From IMG/VR virus record IMGVR_UViG_3300020576_006644, positions 32,001 through 96,000 of that record: a stretch of 64,000 nt of DNA; one strand, written 5' to 3'. The position numbers and the translations under genes were made by a program. The notes beneath the pieces were generated by a model. That model was not told the origin of the DNA. It ran no database searches and saw only the letters and a program-made list of their open reading frames with translations. The stretch is from a virus. Lineage: Duplodnaviria > Caudoviricetes. Positions 9,235 through 18,324 of the stretch are shown piece after piece. The number at the start of each line of letters is the position of its first letter. Position 1 is the first letter of the stretch.

Positions 9235-10113
9235 CTAGACGCCGACTGACATCTCCGGCGGCGGCGCGCCCTGCCACACCTTGACCTCGGCGTCCTTCTC
9301 CAGCTCGGCGACCATCATCCCGAACTCCTCAGTGATGAGCCGGTCGAGGTCGTGGATGTTCAGCTCGAAGAGGAAGGACCCGCCGACCTTGACGAGCTTG
9401 AGCCGCACCTCGACCTCGCGCTCCGGGCGGCCCTCGATGAGCGGCAGCCGGACCTTGAACCGCGGGTAGATGGTGGTCTTGGCGGTCGCGCCCTCCTTGA
9501 GCTGCGCCGTGAACAGCCGGGTCTTCGGGTCGCGGGAGACCTTGAGCACCCGGTTCTCCTCGATCTCCAGGTCGCTGGCCATGGCCAGGAGGTTCGCCGC
9601 CGTGGCGTCACCCGAGGGGACTACCCGGTCGGCCCAGTCGTCAATGAGGTCGGCGAACTCGTTCTGCCCGACCTGCTGGTTCCACAGCCGGACATCGGCA
9701 CTGCGGGCACAGGCGACGAACGCCCGGTGCCGGTTCCACCCCAGGCTCTCGGAATTCTCGCTGAAGTCCACGACGGTAGTGAAGCCGATGTCGCCGAGCC
9801 CCGAGGTCGGGGAGACGGCAAAGATCACCGTCCCCGGTAGCGCGAAGCGCTTGGTGAACTCGGCGAGGTCCTGCACGCGGGCGAGCTTGAGCGAGGCGCG
9901 GGCGACCAGCGGCCGCTTGTATGCCTTGCGCTCCGCGCTGGTCAGCTCCATGTGCCACTCCACGCCCCCGTGCCGGCCGATGGCCCGGACGATGGGCTCC
10001 TGCATCGAGGAGTCGATGTCCACGCGCTTGTCGATGGAGACGGAAAAGATGCCGGCATCGACCAGGGCCTTGGCCCCGGTCTCGGTCGTCTCGACGGTGT
10101 TGATCTGGGTCAT
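9235..10113 (-). CDS. DUF2303 (YfdQ-like) family protein
   Basis: GWNRHRA, QNEFADLIDDW, PRFKVRLPLIEG..VEVRLK pattern; preceded by the usual small partner gene. Confidence 0.7.
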   Translation of the reverse strand: MTQINTVETTETGAKALVDAGIFSVSIDKRVDIDSSMQEPIVRAIGRHGGVEWHMELTSAERKAYKRPLVARASLKLARVQDLAEFTKRFALPGTVIFAVSPTSGLGDIGFTTVVDFSENSESLGWNRHRAFVACARSADVRLWNQQVGQNEFADLIDDWADRVVPSGDATAANLLAMASDLEIEENRVLKVSRDPKTRLFTAQLKEGATAKTTIYPRFKVRLPLIEGRPEREVEVRLKLVKVGGSFLFELNIHDLDRLITEEFGMMVAELEKDAEVKVWQGAPPPEMSVGV

Positions 10114-10153
10114 GCTGTCCTTGTTCGAAATGTTCTAGGGGTTGAGGTAGCGG

Positions 10154-10504
10154 CTACTCGCCGGCTTCGAGGCGGGAGACGCTGGCGAGCCGCCCGCCCT
10201 TCTTGGCGACCTTCTCGCCGAACACGGCGATCTTGCCGGTGGGGGCGAAGACCGAGACGATGGCGGCGGCGCCGGAGACCTTGGGCAGGGTGGCGTTGAA
10301 GCTGGTCGCGAGGTCCGCCCGCTCCTGCTCAAGGTTGGGGATGATGCCGATGGTGATGCTGACGCTGGCGGCGGCGTCCTGCTTCATGGCCATCTGCATG
10401 GCGAGCTCGATGCGCTCGTCGAGCTGCTGGCGGCGGTCGGGGGAAAGGGTGCGGAGCCACACAAGCGTGGCGCTGTCCTCGGGGATGTTCACTTCGGTGG
10501 GCAT
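10154..10504 (-). CDS. Small partner protein of DUF2303
   Basis: 116-aa ORF with RBS; ASVSITIGI...NATLPK pattern; position. Confidence 0.55.
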   Translation of the reverse strand: MPTEVNIPEDSATLVWLRTLSPDRRQQLDERIELAMQMAMKQDAAASVSITIGIIPNLEQERADLATSFNATLPKVSGAAAIVSVFAPTGKIAVFGEKVAKKGGRLASVSRLEAGE

Positions 10505-10524
10505 GGTTCCTCACTCGGATCGGC

Positions 10525-10632
10525 AAAAAGGCGCTCCCGAAGGAGCAGGAGAAGGGCAGCCGCGCCACCGGCGACCGGCAGGCGACAAGGAGGGAAACGC
10601 CACCCGGAGGCCCCTGGCGGCGCGGCTGCCCT
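10525..10632 (-). ncRNA. Long rod-like hairpin followed by a UUCG hairpin and U-run (possible terminator/sRNA)
   Basis: 14-bp perfect stem 10553-10566/10619-10632 extended by G-U-rich helices; then GCUCC-UUCG-GGAGC..UUUUU. Confidence 0.5.
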
Positions 10633-10643
10633 AGGTGGAGATG

Positions 10644-11480
10644 CTACACCGGGCCGTCGTCGGCCGGGCCCACGCTGCGAGCCGGCAGCGTGCGGGCGGC
10701 CACCTGGCGGGGAGCGGCGGCGTGGGTCGTGGCTGCGACGTGCTGCACCGGGGCTGCCTGCGCGGGCGGGAAGCTGCCGCGGTCGAGCGCCTTCTGGTAG
10801 GCCTTCTCCTGCTGATCGTAGGTCAGGCAGCGGGCCTCGGCCGCGAGGTCCGGGGCGTTGGCGATCCAGTCGGCGACCTGCTGCGGGTCGGTGTGCAGCG
10901 GCGAGGGGCGGAGCCGGTTCTTGTACTCCCAGCGCTTGCCGCTGCCCTTGGGCGGGACGCTGATCGAAAGGTCGAAGCCGGCAGCGCTCGGGTCGAAGCT
11001 GTTGACCCCCTGCGCCAGCATGTCGCGGCTGTGCTTGGCGAAGGCGTAGTTGGCCTCGTGGATGACCGGCCCGCGCTCCTCGTCGTTGCGGAGGATGAGA
11101 CAGACGAGGTCCACCTGCCGAGCCTCCATCTGCTTGACGATCTCCAGGTCGAGCGGGTTTCCCTGGGCGATGTCGCGCATCTGCTCGTGGACGAGGCACC
11201 GCCCGCCCGGCACCCGCATCTCCAGGGGGCACAAGATGCCGAACCACTGCCCGTTGGGGAGCTGGTAGAGGTGGCGGGAGATCTTCACCATGGGCTTGCG
11301 GCCCTGCGGCGCGGGCAGCGGGCGCCCGACGAACTCGTAGACGCCGGGGTAGTCGGGGTTCTTCCCGCCGGTGCGCCAGTACTTCTTGGCGCTGCTCGTG
11401 GCGCTGGACTCGAAGTCCGCGGCGTCCGGCAGGGCGTAGGCAGTGAGGTCTGTTCCGGGGCTCTGATTTTCTTGGGTCAC
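10644..11480 (-). CDS. Single-stranded DNA-binding protein (gp32-like)
   Basis: H...ILCP....RCLVHE metal motif, FDPSAAGFDLSI, low-complexity tail ending DDGPV; replication context. Confidence 0.7.
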   Translation of the reverse strand: MTQENQSPGTDLTAYALPDAADFESSATSSAKKYWRTGGKNPDYPGVYEFVGRPLPAPQGRKPMVKISRHLYQLPNGQWFGILCPLEMRVPGGRCLVHEQMRDIAQGNPLDLEIVKQMEARQVDLVCLILRNDEERGPVIHEANYAFAKHSRDMLAQGVNSFDPSAAGFDLSISVPPKGSGKRWEYKNRLRPSPLHTDPQQVADWIANAPDLAAEARCLTYDQQEKAYQKALDRGSFPPAQAAPVQHVAATTHAAAPRQVAARTLPARSVGPADDGPV

Positions 11481-11517
11481 GTTGGTCTCCTGATCTTCCT
11501 GATTGCTGATCGGCCCT

Positions 11518-12150
11518 CTAGACGGGGCCCTCATCCTCGGCGTTGCCGCCGAGTCCTGTTGTAATCGTCCGCTGTGACGGCGCGCGGGTGTCCGGAGGGG
11601 CGAAGCCGCTGAAGCGCGGGTCAGCCGGCAGCAGCTGCTCCTGCCGCACCCCGCCACTCGGCCAGCTGCGCCCGAGCTGCGCCAGCCGCACCGTGGGGTC
11701 CAGGTTCTGCAGCTCCTGCCGCGTGTTCCGGGCGGACTCGGCCACCATGTCGGCCTCGGTGCAGACGGCGCGGTAGTCCGCCCGCAGGGCCTCGTAGCGG
11801 GCCTCCGCCATGGCCTCCTGCATCACCGCGGCATCCCGGCGCGGGGCCAGCACCTCGTCGGTCCGCATGAGCGCCTGCACCTGCGCCTCGGTCGGAGGCT
11901 TGGGGTCCTTGAGGTTACCCTTGGCATCCTTGACCGGCTCCGCCCCCTCCTCCAGCTGCAGCCGGGCGGCCTGGTAGAGGAACGCCTCCTCCTTCTCCCG
12001 GTGTTCCTTGGCGGCGGCAAACAGGAACTGCGCCTCGGCGAGCTGGCGCCCGACCTCACTTATGCGAGCCGGCACAGACATGAGGGCGGCGCCGATCTGG
12101 GTGTGGTCGAGCCACTGCGGCGCGGGCGGGAGCTGGGGGGTCTGGCTCAT
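11518..12150 (-). CDS. UvsY-like recombination mediator (helical)
   Basis: Long amphipathic helices with KPPTEAQVQALM motif; adjacent to SSB. Confidence 0.5.
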   Translation of the reverse strand: MSQTPQLPPAPQWLDHTQIGAALMSVPARISEVGRQLAEAQFLFAAAKEHREKEEAFLYQAARLQLEEGAEPVKDAKGNLKDPKPPTEAQVQALMRTDEVLAPRRDAAVMQEAMAEARYEALRADYRAVCTEADMVAESARNTRQELQNLDPTVRLAQLGRSWPSGGVRQEQLLPADPRFSGFAPPDTRAPSQRTITTGLGGNAEDEGPV

Positions 12151-12215
12151 CTGCGGTCTCCTTGTGTGAGCTGTACCTAGAGGGTTTTCAAAATCCTGCA
12201 ATCCTGGACGTTCGT

Positions 12216-15020
12216 TCAGGCCGTGAGCAGCCCCATCCGGCCCCGCCGCGGGTCGCGGCGAGCCTCCAGCAGCCCCAGCTTCTTAGACTCGGCGAGCGCC
12301 GCCGCCAGGGTCTCGGGGGGCTTGTACTTCTTGGCAAGACCAAGGTTCGGACCGGCCTTGCAGTCGGCCTGCAGCGGGAACACGCGACCGTCCGGCAGCC
12401 GCCCAATCTCCCAGCTGGTCATCACGTCCTCGGTCATCCGCGCCGCCAGCGGGAGGATGGACTTGTGAACGACCGATATGATGGAGTCGTATATGCAGAT
12501 AACGGGGCGCCAGAGGTGCTGCAGATTCTCCCGCAGGATGTACTCAGTAATCTTCGCGTGCGACGCAAGAACCAGCAGCCCAGAATAGCTTCCTTGCACA
12601 ACTGTGTTGAAAACACCGTTCTCCGCCTTGCGCCTCTGCCGGTTATCCCGCGAGTCCAGGTTCCACAGCGGGCGCTTCTGCGCTACGCGCCCCTTCCAGA
12701 TGTTGTAGGTGTATCCGGTACGCCTCGCCCGCTCCAGCATCTCCCGCTTCTTCGCGTTCACCCTCGGGTAGCGACTCTCAATGGAGTCGAAGATGATCTT
12801 CCCCTCTTCCGGCGGCAGCTTGAGTCTCGTCGCAAAGGTGAAGTCGGTCCCCCCGTACGGAATCATGAAGTTGCCGACCTTTGCCTGTCGCCGCGGGATG
12901 CGCTTGCCGGCTTTCTCTAATACGAAGTCGATAGTCCCCTGGTGGATATCCCGGCCGTTCACATAGGCGTCAATCAAGACCGGCTCATCGCACAAAACGG
13001 CCATCCCGCGCATCTCTATCTGGCTGAGGTCCGTCTCCTTTATGAGGTAGTCCTCTGGGGCGGCGATGCAGGCGCGGATGCGGCGGCTCTCCTCGTCGGT
13101 TCCATACCAGTCGCAGGCGGCGCAGCCCTTCCCGTGGCACTCGTCGCAGTCCTCGGGGGACTTGAGCGAAAACAGGTTCGGCCGCACGCACGCTGGCCTT
13201 CCGGTCTCCGCCCCGTCGAGGAGATAGGACGGGTGGACGCAGTTGTCGGCGCGCAGGTAGGTGAGAAACTCCTCCCCCTTCTCAAGGGGCACGTCCTGCG
13301 CCGTAAACGACTGGTACAGCGCCGCGCAGGGGTGGAGGTGCGCGATGGCGTCGACCGCCTCCTTATCCAGGGCGTCTTTATTGTGCTTGGTCTTCTTAGG
13401 GACCGGGAGCCCCAGGCCGCCAAGCTCGCGCGGGGTGTAGAAGAACCGGGCCACTTGGTCGCGGCTGCCGAAGTCCAGCTTCTCGAACTCCGGGGTGAGG
13501 TGCGCCCGCAGCTGCGGCTCGATCTGCGCCTTACACGATTTGGCGTAGCCGATGAGTCCCTCGATCGCCGGCCGCGCCATGGGGACCCCCCAATGCTCGC
13601 TGCGGGCGTAGCTGCGGCTCGCCGGTCCCGTCACCTCTTCGTAAAGGAGATCCAGGCCCGGGTCCGCCACGATCTGCGGCCAGAGCAGCTCGTCGAGAAG
13701 CCCCGTAGCCACGCAGTCGCGGGCGTTGTAGAGCGAGAGGCGGTGCCGCGGGACCAGGGCGTAGCGGTAGCTGTCCTCCCCGTCGTCGATGAGGCGGTTA
13801 TCCTTGGAGTCGTAAATCTCCCGCAGCTTCTTGCGGGCGTAGGGGTCGGGGCAGTCGTCAAAGAGCGCCAGCTGGGTAGGCTTCCAGGCCCTGACCTGCT
13901 TCTTGACCGCCTCCAGCTCTCCGGCGAACTCGTCCTTGTAGCCACCCATCCCCACCATCTCGCTCATGGTGTCGAGGTTGGCCTTGGGGACGGCGCAGTC
14001 GAGCAGCTTCCGCGGCAGCCGCACGTCGCGGCGGTCCCCGGCGATCGGGGTCCCGAAATAGCACATGGCGGCCCGCTCATCGTAACTCCCCTGCTCGATG
14101 AACAGCATGGCCGGGTCGCGCAGCAGGCCTACCATCTCGGCCTGCATTTCCGGCTTCTCGCAGGCGGGGCGGTCCCACACGAACGCCTCGTTGCTGCCCC
14201 GCACGCATGCCGCCGCCGAGATGACCCGGAAGTCGTCGTCGTGCAGCTTCCCGCGACTCTCCACGTCCCAGGAGACGCCGCGGCGCTCCATCCGGCCGCC
14301 GACATCGACGAGTGATAGGCTGCCCTCGTGCAGCACCCGTGCCGCCTCTGCGGCTTCCTCCGCGCTGGCGATGACCGAGTAGGTCCCCGCCTCAAGGAAC
14401 TTGAGCCGCTCCTCGAAGAAGCTGTCCGACGTCGTCAGCGCCCACGCAAGATCGGTCTCCCACGCGGCCCTGGCGTGCCGGCCGTCGAGCTGCGCCGGGT
14501 TCATGAGGATCAGCGCCGGCACCCGCCCGTGGGGCAGGCGCACCCAGGCAAAGCCCCGGCGGACCGAGCGGGTGGATACGGCCCGCCCCAGCACCCCCCA
14601 GCACGCCAGCTCCCCGAGCAGCAAGATGCGAGACGGGGCGATCTGTTCGGCGTAGCTGCGCAGGTACGGCCTGCACGAGGCCGCGTGCTTCGGCTCCGCC
14701 CGGTCCTCCCCGTCCGGCCCCGGGTAGCAGCCCACCGCGTAGGCGCTAGCCACCGGCCCCGTCCAGTGCTTGCGCACCGACCGCAGGAGGTTCGCCCCGC
14801 GGGGACCGTCGGCGATGACCTTCCCGGTGATGTTCTCCAGCTGGCTCGGGTGCGAGCCGACCGTGAGGAGACCCCCCGCTTCCCCGGCCGGCGGCAGGCA
14901 GCGGTTTGTCGTCCGCTCCCCGAGCTGGCAGCGGCTGCACTGCGGATTTCGCCGCAGCGGGCCGGCGAGGTCCAGCGCCTGCGGCGGCAGCCCGGTGGGG
15001 AACAGCGGAAGGGTCTTCAC
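12216..15020 (-). CDS. polA: Family A DNA polymerase with N-terminal UDG-like domain and 3'-5' exonuclease
   Basis: CSRCQL...C...CRPYL family-4 UDG-like; ExoI WDVES, ExoIII YNARD; motif A DLSQIEMR, motif B RRQAKVGNFMIPYG, motif C IYDS. Confidence 0.93.
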   Translation of the reverse strand: MKTLPLFPTGLPPQALDLAGPLRRNPQCSRCQLGERTTNRCLPPAGEAGGLLTVGSHPSQLENITGKVIADGPRGANLLRSVRKHWTGPVASAYAVGCYPGPDGEDRAEPKHAASCRPYLRSYAEQIAPSRILLLGELACWGVLGRAVSTRSVRRGFAWVRLPHGRVPALILMNPAQLDGRHARAAWETDLAWALTTSDSFFEERLKFLEAGTYSVIASAEEAAEAARVLHEGSLSLVDVGGRMERRGVSWDVESRGKLHDDDFRVISAAACVRGSNEAFVWDRPACEKPEMQAEMVGLLRDPAMLFIEQGSYDERAAMCYFGTPIAGDRRDVRLPRKLLDCAVPKANLDTMSEMVGMGGYKDEFAGELEAVKKQVRAWKPTQLALFDDCPDPYARKKLREIYDSKDNRLIDDGEDSYRYALVPRHRLSLYNARDCVATGLLDELLWPQIVADPGLDLLYEEVTGPASRSYARSEHWGVPMARPAIEGLIGYAKSCKAQIEPQLRAHLTPEFEKLDFGSRDQVARFFYTPRELGGLGLPVPKKTKHNKDALDKEAVDAIAHLHPCAALYQSFTAQDVPLEKGEEFLTYLRADNCVHPSYLLDGAETGRPACVRPNLFSLKSPEDCDECHGKGCAACDWYGTDEESRRIRACIAAPEDYLIKETDLSQIEMRGMAVLCDEPVLIDAYVNGRDIHQGTIDFVLEKAGKRIPRRQAKVGNFMIPYGGTDFTFATRLKLPPEEGKIIFDSIESRYPRVNAKKREMLERARRTGYTYNIWKGRVAQKRPLWNLDSRDNRQRRKAENGVFNTVVQGSYSGLLVLASHAKITEYILRENLQHLWRPVICIYDSIISVVHKSILPLAARMTEDVMTSWEIGRLPDGRVFPLQADCKAGPNLGLAKKYKPPETLAAALAESKKLGLLEARRDPRRGRMGLLTA

Positions 15021-15023
15021 GGC

Positions 15024-15266
15024 CTAGCTCTCGCTGTACCCGCGCTCGATAGCACGGCGCTTCCACTCGGCGGCGTCCACGATGAACTCGGCGATCATGC
15101 GTTCAATGGGGGCGTGCCGATCTGGAGTCACGAGGACAATTTCATCCGCAGACAGCTGAACCCCACGGGTCACAATCTTCCAGATCTTGTCCTGAAGGAC
15201 AGCGGCGATCTCAGCCTCGCGAATCGCCGTCTCCCCCACCCGCCGGCGCTGCTCGTCGGTCAGCAT
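15024..15266 (-). CDS. Hypothetical protein
   Basis: 80-aa ORF packed in the operon. Confidence 0.6.
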   Translation of the reverse strand: MLTDEQRRRVGETAIREAEIAAVLQDKIWKIVTRGVQLSADEIVLVTPDRHAPIERMIAEFIVDAAEWKRRAIERGYSES

Positions 15267-15269
15267 GGG

Positions 15270-16547
15270 CTACCGCCGCCCGGCCAGCGCCGCCGCCTGC
15301 GCCTCGCGCCGCGCCCGCACCTTGACAACCGAGGCCTCGATCACCTCGGGCAGCTCCCCGAGCCCGAAGAACAGGTCCAGCTGCGGGATGGCGACCCCGC
15401 GGAGGCCGGCGCGCTCATGGATCTTGGCCATCCACTGCACCGCCGCGACCACCCCCTCGTCGGTCCGCAGGTTGACCCCCGGCGCCGGCGGGTTGCCCGG
15501 CTTGAACTTGGGGTCCTTGGCGTACTCCTCGACGAGCGGGTAGCCGTAGTAGAGGCGGATGTGCGCCGAGTCGAGGAACTGAGCGTCGCTGGGATTGCGC
15601 TTGCTGTCGAGAGGGTGGATGTCGACCGGCATCGGCGGGTTGCTCAGCAGGTCCACCATTTCGTCGAGCGCATCCCCGGTCGGCTCCACGCGCTGCTCGG
15701 GCTGCTGCACCGCGGTGGCCGGTGGCTTGACCTGCACGATCGAGGCCTTGGGCAGCTCGTCGATCTTCCCGCTGAGCGCCGCCATGTCAGCCTGGAACGC
15801 CGCGGTAGCCACCGGGTCCGGGGTCGTCGGCTGCGCCGGGAGCATGCCCGCCTTGGCGAGAGCCGCCTGCCCCACCGCCTTGACATACGCTTCTTCTGGG
15901 GACAGCTGCTGCGCCGCCTGCTTGACCGCTGCAGCCGCAGCCTCATCCGCCGCGATCTGCTCCCGGGTGCGCCGCTTGCGCTTGGGCTGCTCGGGCTGCG
16001 CTTGCGCCACCGGCACGCCGGCGATGGTGGCCGGCTTGGGCTCGCTGAGGAGCGGGTCGCTGCTGGTCGGCTGCGGCTCGTTCTTGAACGGTGAAGTCGG
16101 CCCCTTGTCGTCCAGCGGGCGCAGCTCGGCGGCCTGCGCGCCCGTCACCTGCTCGCCGATCTGGAGCAGGACGTTCTGCACGATGGAAAAGGCGTCCGGG
16201 TCACCAGGGTTCAGCAGCTCGGGAACCTCGATGTCCAGCTTCCCGGCGATGCTGAGGATGTCTCCCGACAGGTCGCGGACCCGCTTGCGGAGCGTCTCCT
16301 CGCGCTGACTGGTCGGCTGCCCGCAATCCTGCCCCGCACCCAGCAGCGATTGGTCGAACTCAACCTGCAGACCACCGCCGAGGAGATCGACGAGCATCGC
16401 CACCAGGGACGTTCCGTTGCCCCCGCCGATGATCTCGACCGCCATACCGTCAACGTGCTGCCGCCACTTGAGCCGGGTCTCCAGCTGGCCACCGGCCACC
16501 AGCTTGGTGAGAATAAAGCCCCCATCGGGGTGAAGAGTAATCGCCAT
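15270..16547 (-). CDS. Hypothetical protein with Pro/Ala/Gln linker
   Basis: 425-aa ORF, GGAGG RBS, first gene after an SOS-box promoter. Confidence 0.7.
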   Translation of the reverse strand: MAITLHPDGGFILTKLVAGGQLETRLKWRQHVDGMAVEIIGGGNGTSLVAMLVDLLGGGLQVEFDQSLLGAGQDCGQPTSQREETLRKRVRDLSGDILSIAGKLDIEVPELLNPGDPDAFSIVQNVLLQIGEQVTGAQAAELRPLDDKGPTSPFKNEPQPTSSDPLLSEPKPATIAGVPVAQAQPEQPKRKRRTREQIAADEAAAAAVKQAAQQLSPEEAYVKAVGQAALAKAGMLPAQPTTPDPVATAAFQADMAALSGKIDELPKASIVQVKPPATAVQQPEQRVEPTGDALDEMVDLLSNPPMPVDIHPLDSKRNPSDAQFLDSAHIRLYYGYPLVEEYAKDPKFKPGNPPAPGVNLRTDEGVVAAVQWMAKIHERAGLRGVAIPQLDLFFGLGELPEVIEASVVKVRARREAQAAALAGRR

Positions 16548-16619
16548 GTTCTAGTCCTCCTGTTTGTTTAACCGTTCCCTATGTTTTCAGGGCTGCAGTT
16601 CGCAATCCCTGACGTTTGT

Positions 16620-17519
16620 TCAGTGCTTCGCCGCCTCACGAGCCGCCTCGAAGAGGCGGTCGGGGTCTATCTCGTCTGGGTCCGTCCCGCCCGGCAGCCG
16701 CAGGGCCGAGAATCTTCCGCTGCCGCCCTGACACAGGGACAGCATGCGGAGCTGCTGGGCAAGCCCCCAGCCGGCCAGCCACGCATCTCCGTCCAGCGCG
16801 AAGACGACTGGGCGCCGGGCCTCCAGCAGCATGAGCTGTTGTTCCGAGCTCGGCATACCTAGCGCGCCAGCGGCGTCCCCGCGGTCCATGAGGAACATCG
16901 CGTCCATGGACCCCTCGACGATGACCAGCGGCTCCTCGGTCTCCCGGTGCAGGTGCTCCCCGCCGAAAAGGAGTAAGCCCCTTTGCAGTCCGGTACTATA
17001 AAGGTAAGGAAGCGGGTGCTTCTTCTGCCAGCTCCTGCCGATGAAGCCGAGAAGCTGTCCGTCCGGCGCCCGCAGCGGGATGATCACCCGCCCGTACCAC
17101 TTGCTCCCAGGTACCAACACCGCCCCGATCCCGTACCGGCGGCGCTTGGGTTCGTCTATCCCGCGCCGGTTGAGGAACGCCCGCGCCTCCGCGCCGTTCC
17201 GTGATGACTTCCCCGGCTCCTCGTCGAGCAGGTAGAAGCCGGCAGGCAGCTCGGTAGACTCCTTCGCCCCGTCGTCCGCTAGGTGGTCGAGCTGCCTCCG
17301 CACCGGATCGTCGATGAGGTCGAGATAGCCAGCGGCCCGCCCGCGCAGCCCGCAGCGCTTGCAGTGATAGAAGCCGGTGGGGGAGTGGAAACTCCAGCTT
17401 TTTTTGGTGTCTGTCTTGCCCGCTCGCTCGGGGCAGGCCAGACAATTAGCGCGCAGCCAACGCGAGTTTCCGCTGGCCTTAGCGTCTGCAACCATTGAGG
17501 CGACGAGGGGGTGGCTCAT
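16620..17519 (-). CDS. DnaG-type primase (zinc finger + TOPRIM)
   Basis: CLAC...CKRC zinc finger; GRVIIP...GFIGR; IVEGSMDA; ALDGD; DPDE. Confidence 0.88.
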   Translation of the reverse strand: MSHPLVASMVADAKASGNSRWLRANCLACPERAGKTDTKKSWSFHSPTGFYHCKRCGLRGRAAGYLDLIDDPVRRQLDHLADDGAKESTELPAGFYLLDEEPGKSSRNGAEARAFLNRRGIDEPKRRRYGIGAVLVPGSKWYGRVIIPLRAPDGQLLGFIGRSWQKKHPLPYLYSTGLQRGLLLFGGEHLHRETEEPLVIVEGSMDAMFLMDRGDAAGALGMPSSEQQLMLLEARRPVVFALDGDAWLAGWGLAQQLRMLSLCQGGSGRFSALRLPGGTDPDEIDPDRLFEAAREAAKH

Positions 17520-18145
17520 ATCGGCCCTTGAAGCGCTGTTCGGGCGATTCCAAGCAGAAGATCGCGAAAGGGAATCGGGGTGGCAGCTCGCTGCCACCCG
17601 CTCATGCGCTGGCAGATACCCGTTTTGACGGCCCGCCGCCGCTCCTCCGTGCTGTGAAAGCCCTGATCGAGTCTCACTGTCGCGGCTGATTTTCCCCACA
17701 GGAGTTCAGGCAGCTCACACCACGCGGAATAGAGCCACGTCGCCTTACGTGCTTTATGGCCGTAGTGCCCTTGTTCAACACAGCAAGTCCAGCCGATCCC
17801 GTCGCCTGCCGGAACCCAGCCGCCAATACGCGGTGGTTTGTCTAACTTAAACGCGGGCCACGCAGCCGAGGCCTCGGGATGCTCAAGAACACCACCCCAC
17901 TTGCGCACGGCATCCAGCGCCGACGCAAAACAACCTCCGTCGTCGCCCTTAATCTTCCGCACCTTGCAAGACGGACCGCCGTACCAATACCGACCCCAAC
18001 GCTGGCAGGGCGAGTGACAAACCACCGGATGGGGTCCCGCATACCGTCGCGCGTCTCGCTTTTCGTCCCACGGGTCTACGTCATCGAGGCCTATGTAGCA
18101 CCCGTTCGGCTGGACGTACAGAGCTGCGACAATAGGGTGGCTCAC
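17516..18145 (-). CDS. Short C5-cytosine methyltransferase-like protein
   Basis: VAALYV start, HSPCQRW (motif IV-like), VLEHP (motif VI-like), GH..RKATW; lower GC than flanks. Confidence 0.6.
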   Translation of the reverse strand: MSHPIVAALYVQPNGCYIGLDDVDPWDEKRDARRYAGPHPVVCHSPCQRWGRYWYGGPSCKVRKIKGDDGGCFASALDAVRKWGGVLEHPEASAAWPAFKLDKPPRIGGWVPAGDGIGWTCCVEQGHYGHKARKATWLYSAWCELPELLWGKSAATVRLDQGFHSTEERRRAVKTGICQRMSGWQRAATPIPFRDLLLGIARTALQGPI

Positions 18146-18324
18146 GCCTGTTTCTCCGCCGCCTTCTTATCGCGGTAGCGCTTCTGCTGCCGGGCCAGCT
18201 TCTCCCTGTATTTCTTGTCCTCGCACTCGTGGCAACGCTTGGGAAGAACCCCGGACGGCTTGTGAATGACATTCCGCGGACGGGAAGGTCTCCCGCAATT
18301 TTCGATACACATCTGCACGGTCAC
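18142..18324 (-). CDS. Small zinc-finger basic protein
   Basis: CIENC...RCHEC followed by basic helix; GTGA overlaps at both ends. Confidence 0.55.
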   Translation of the reverse strand: MTVQMCIENCGRPSRPRNVIHKPSGVLPKRCHECEDKKYREKLARQQKRYRDKKAAEKQA

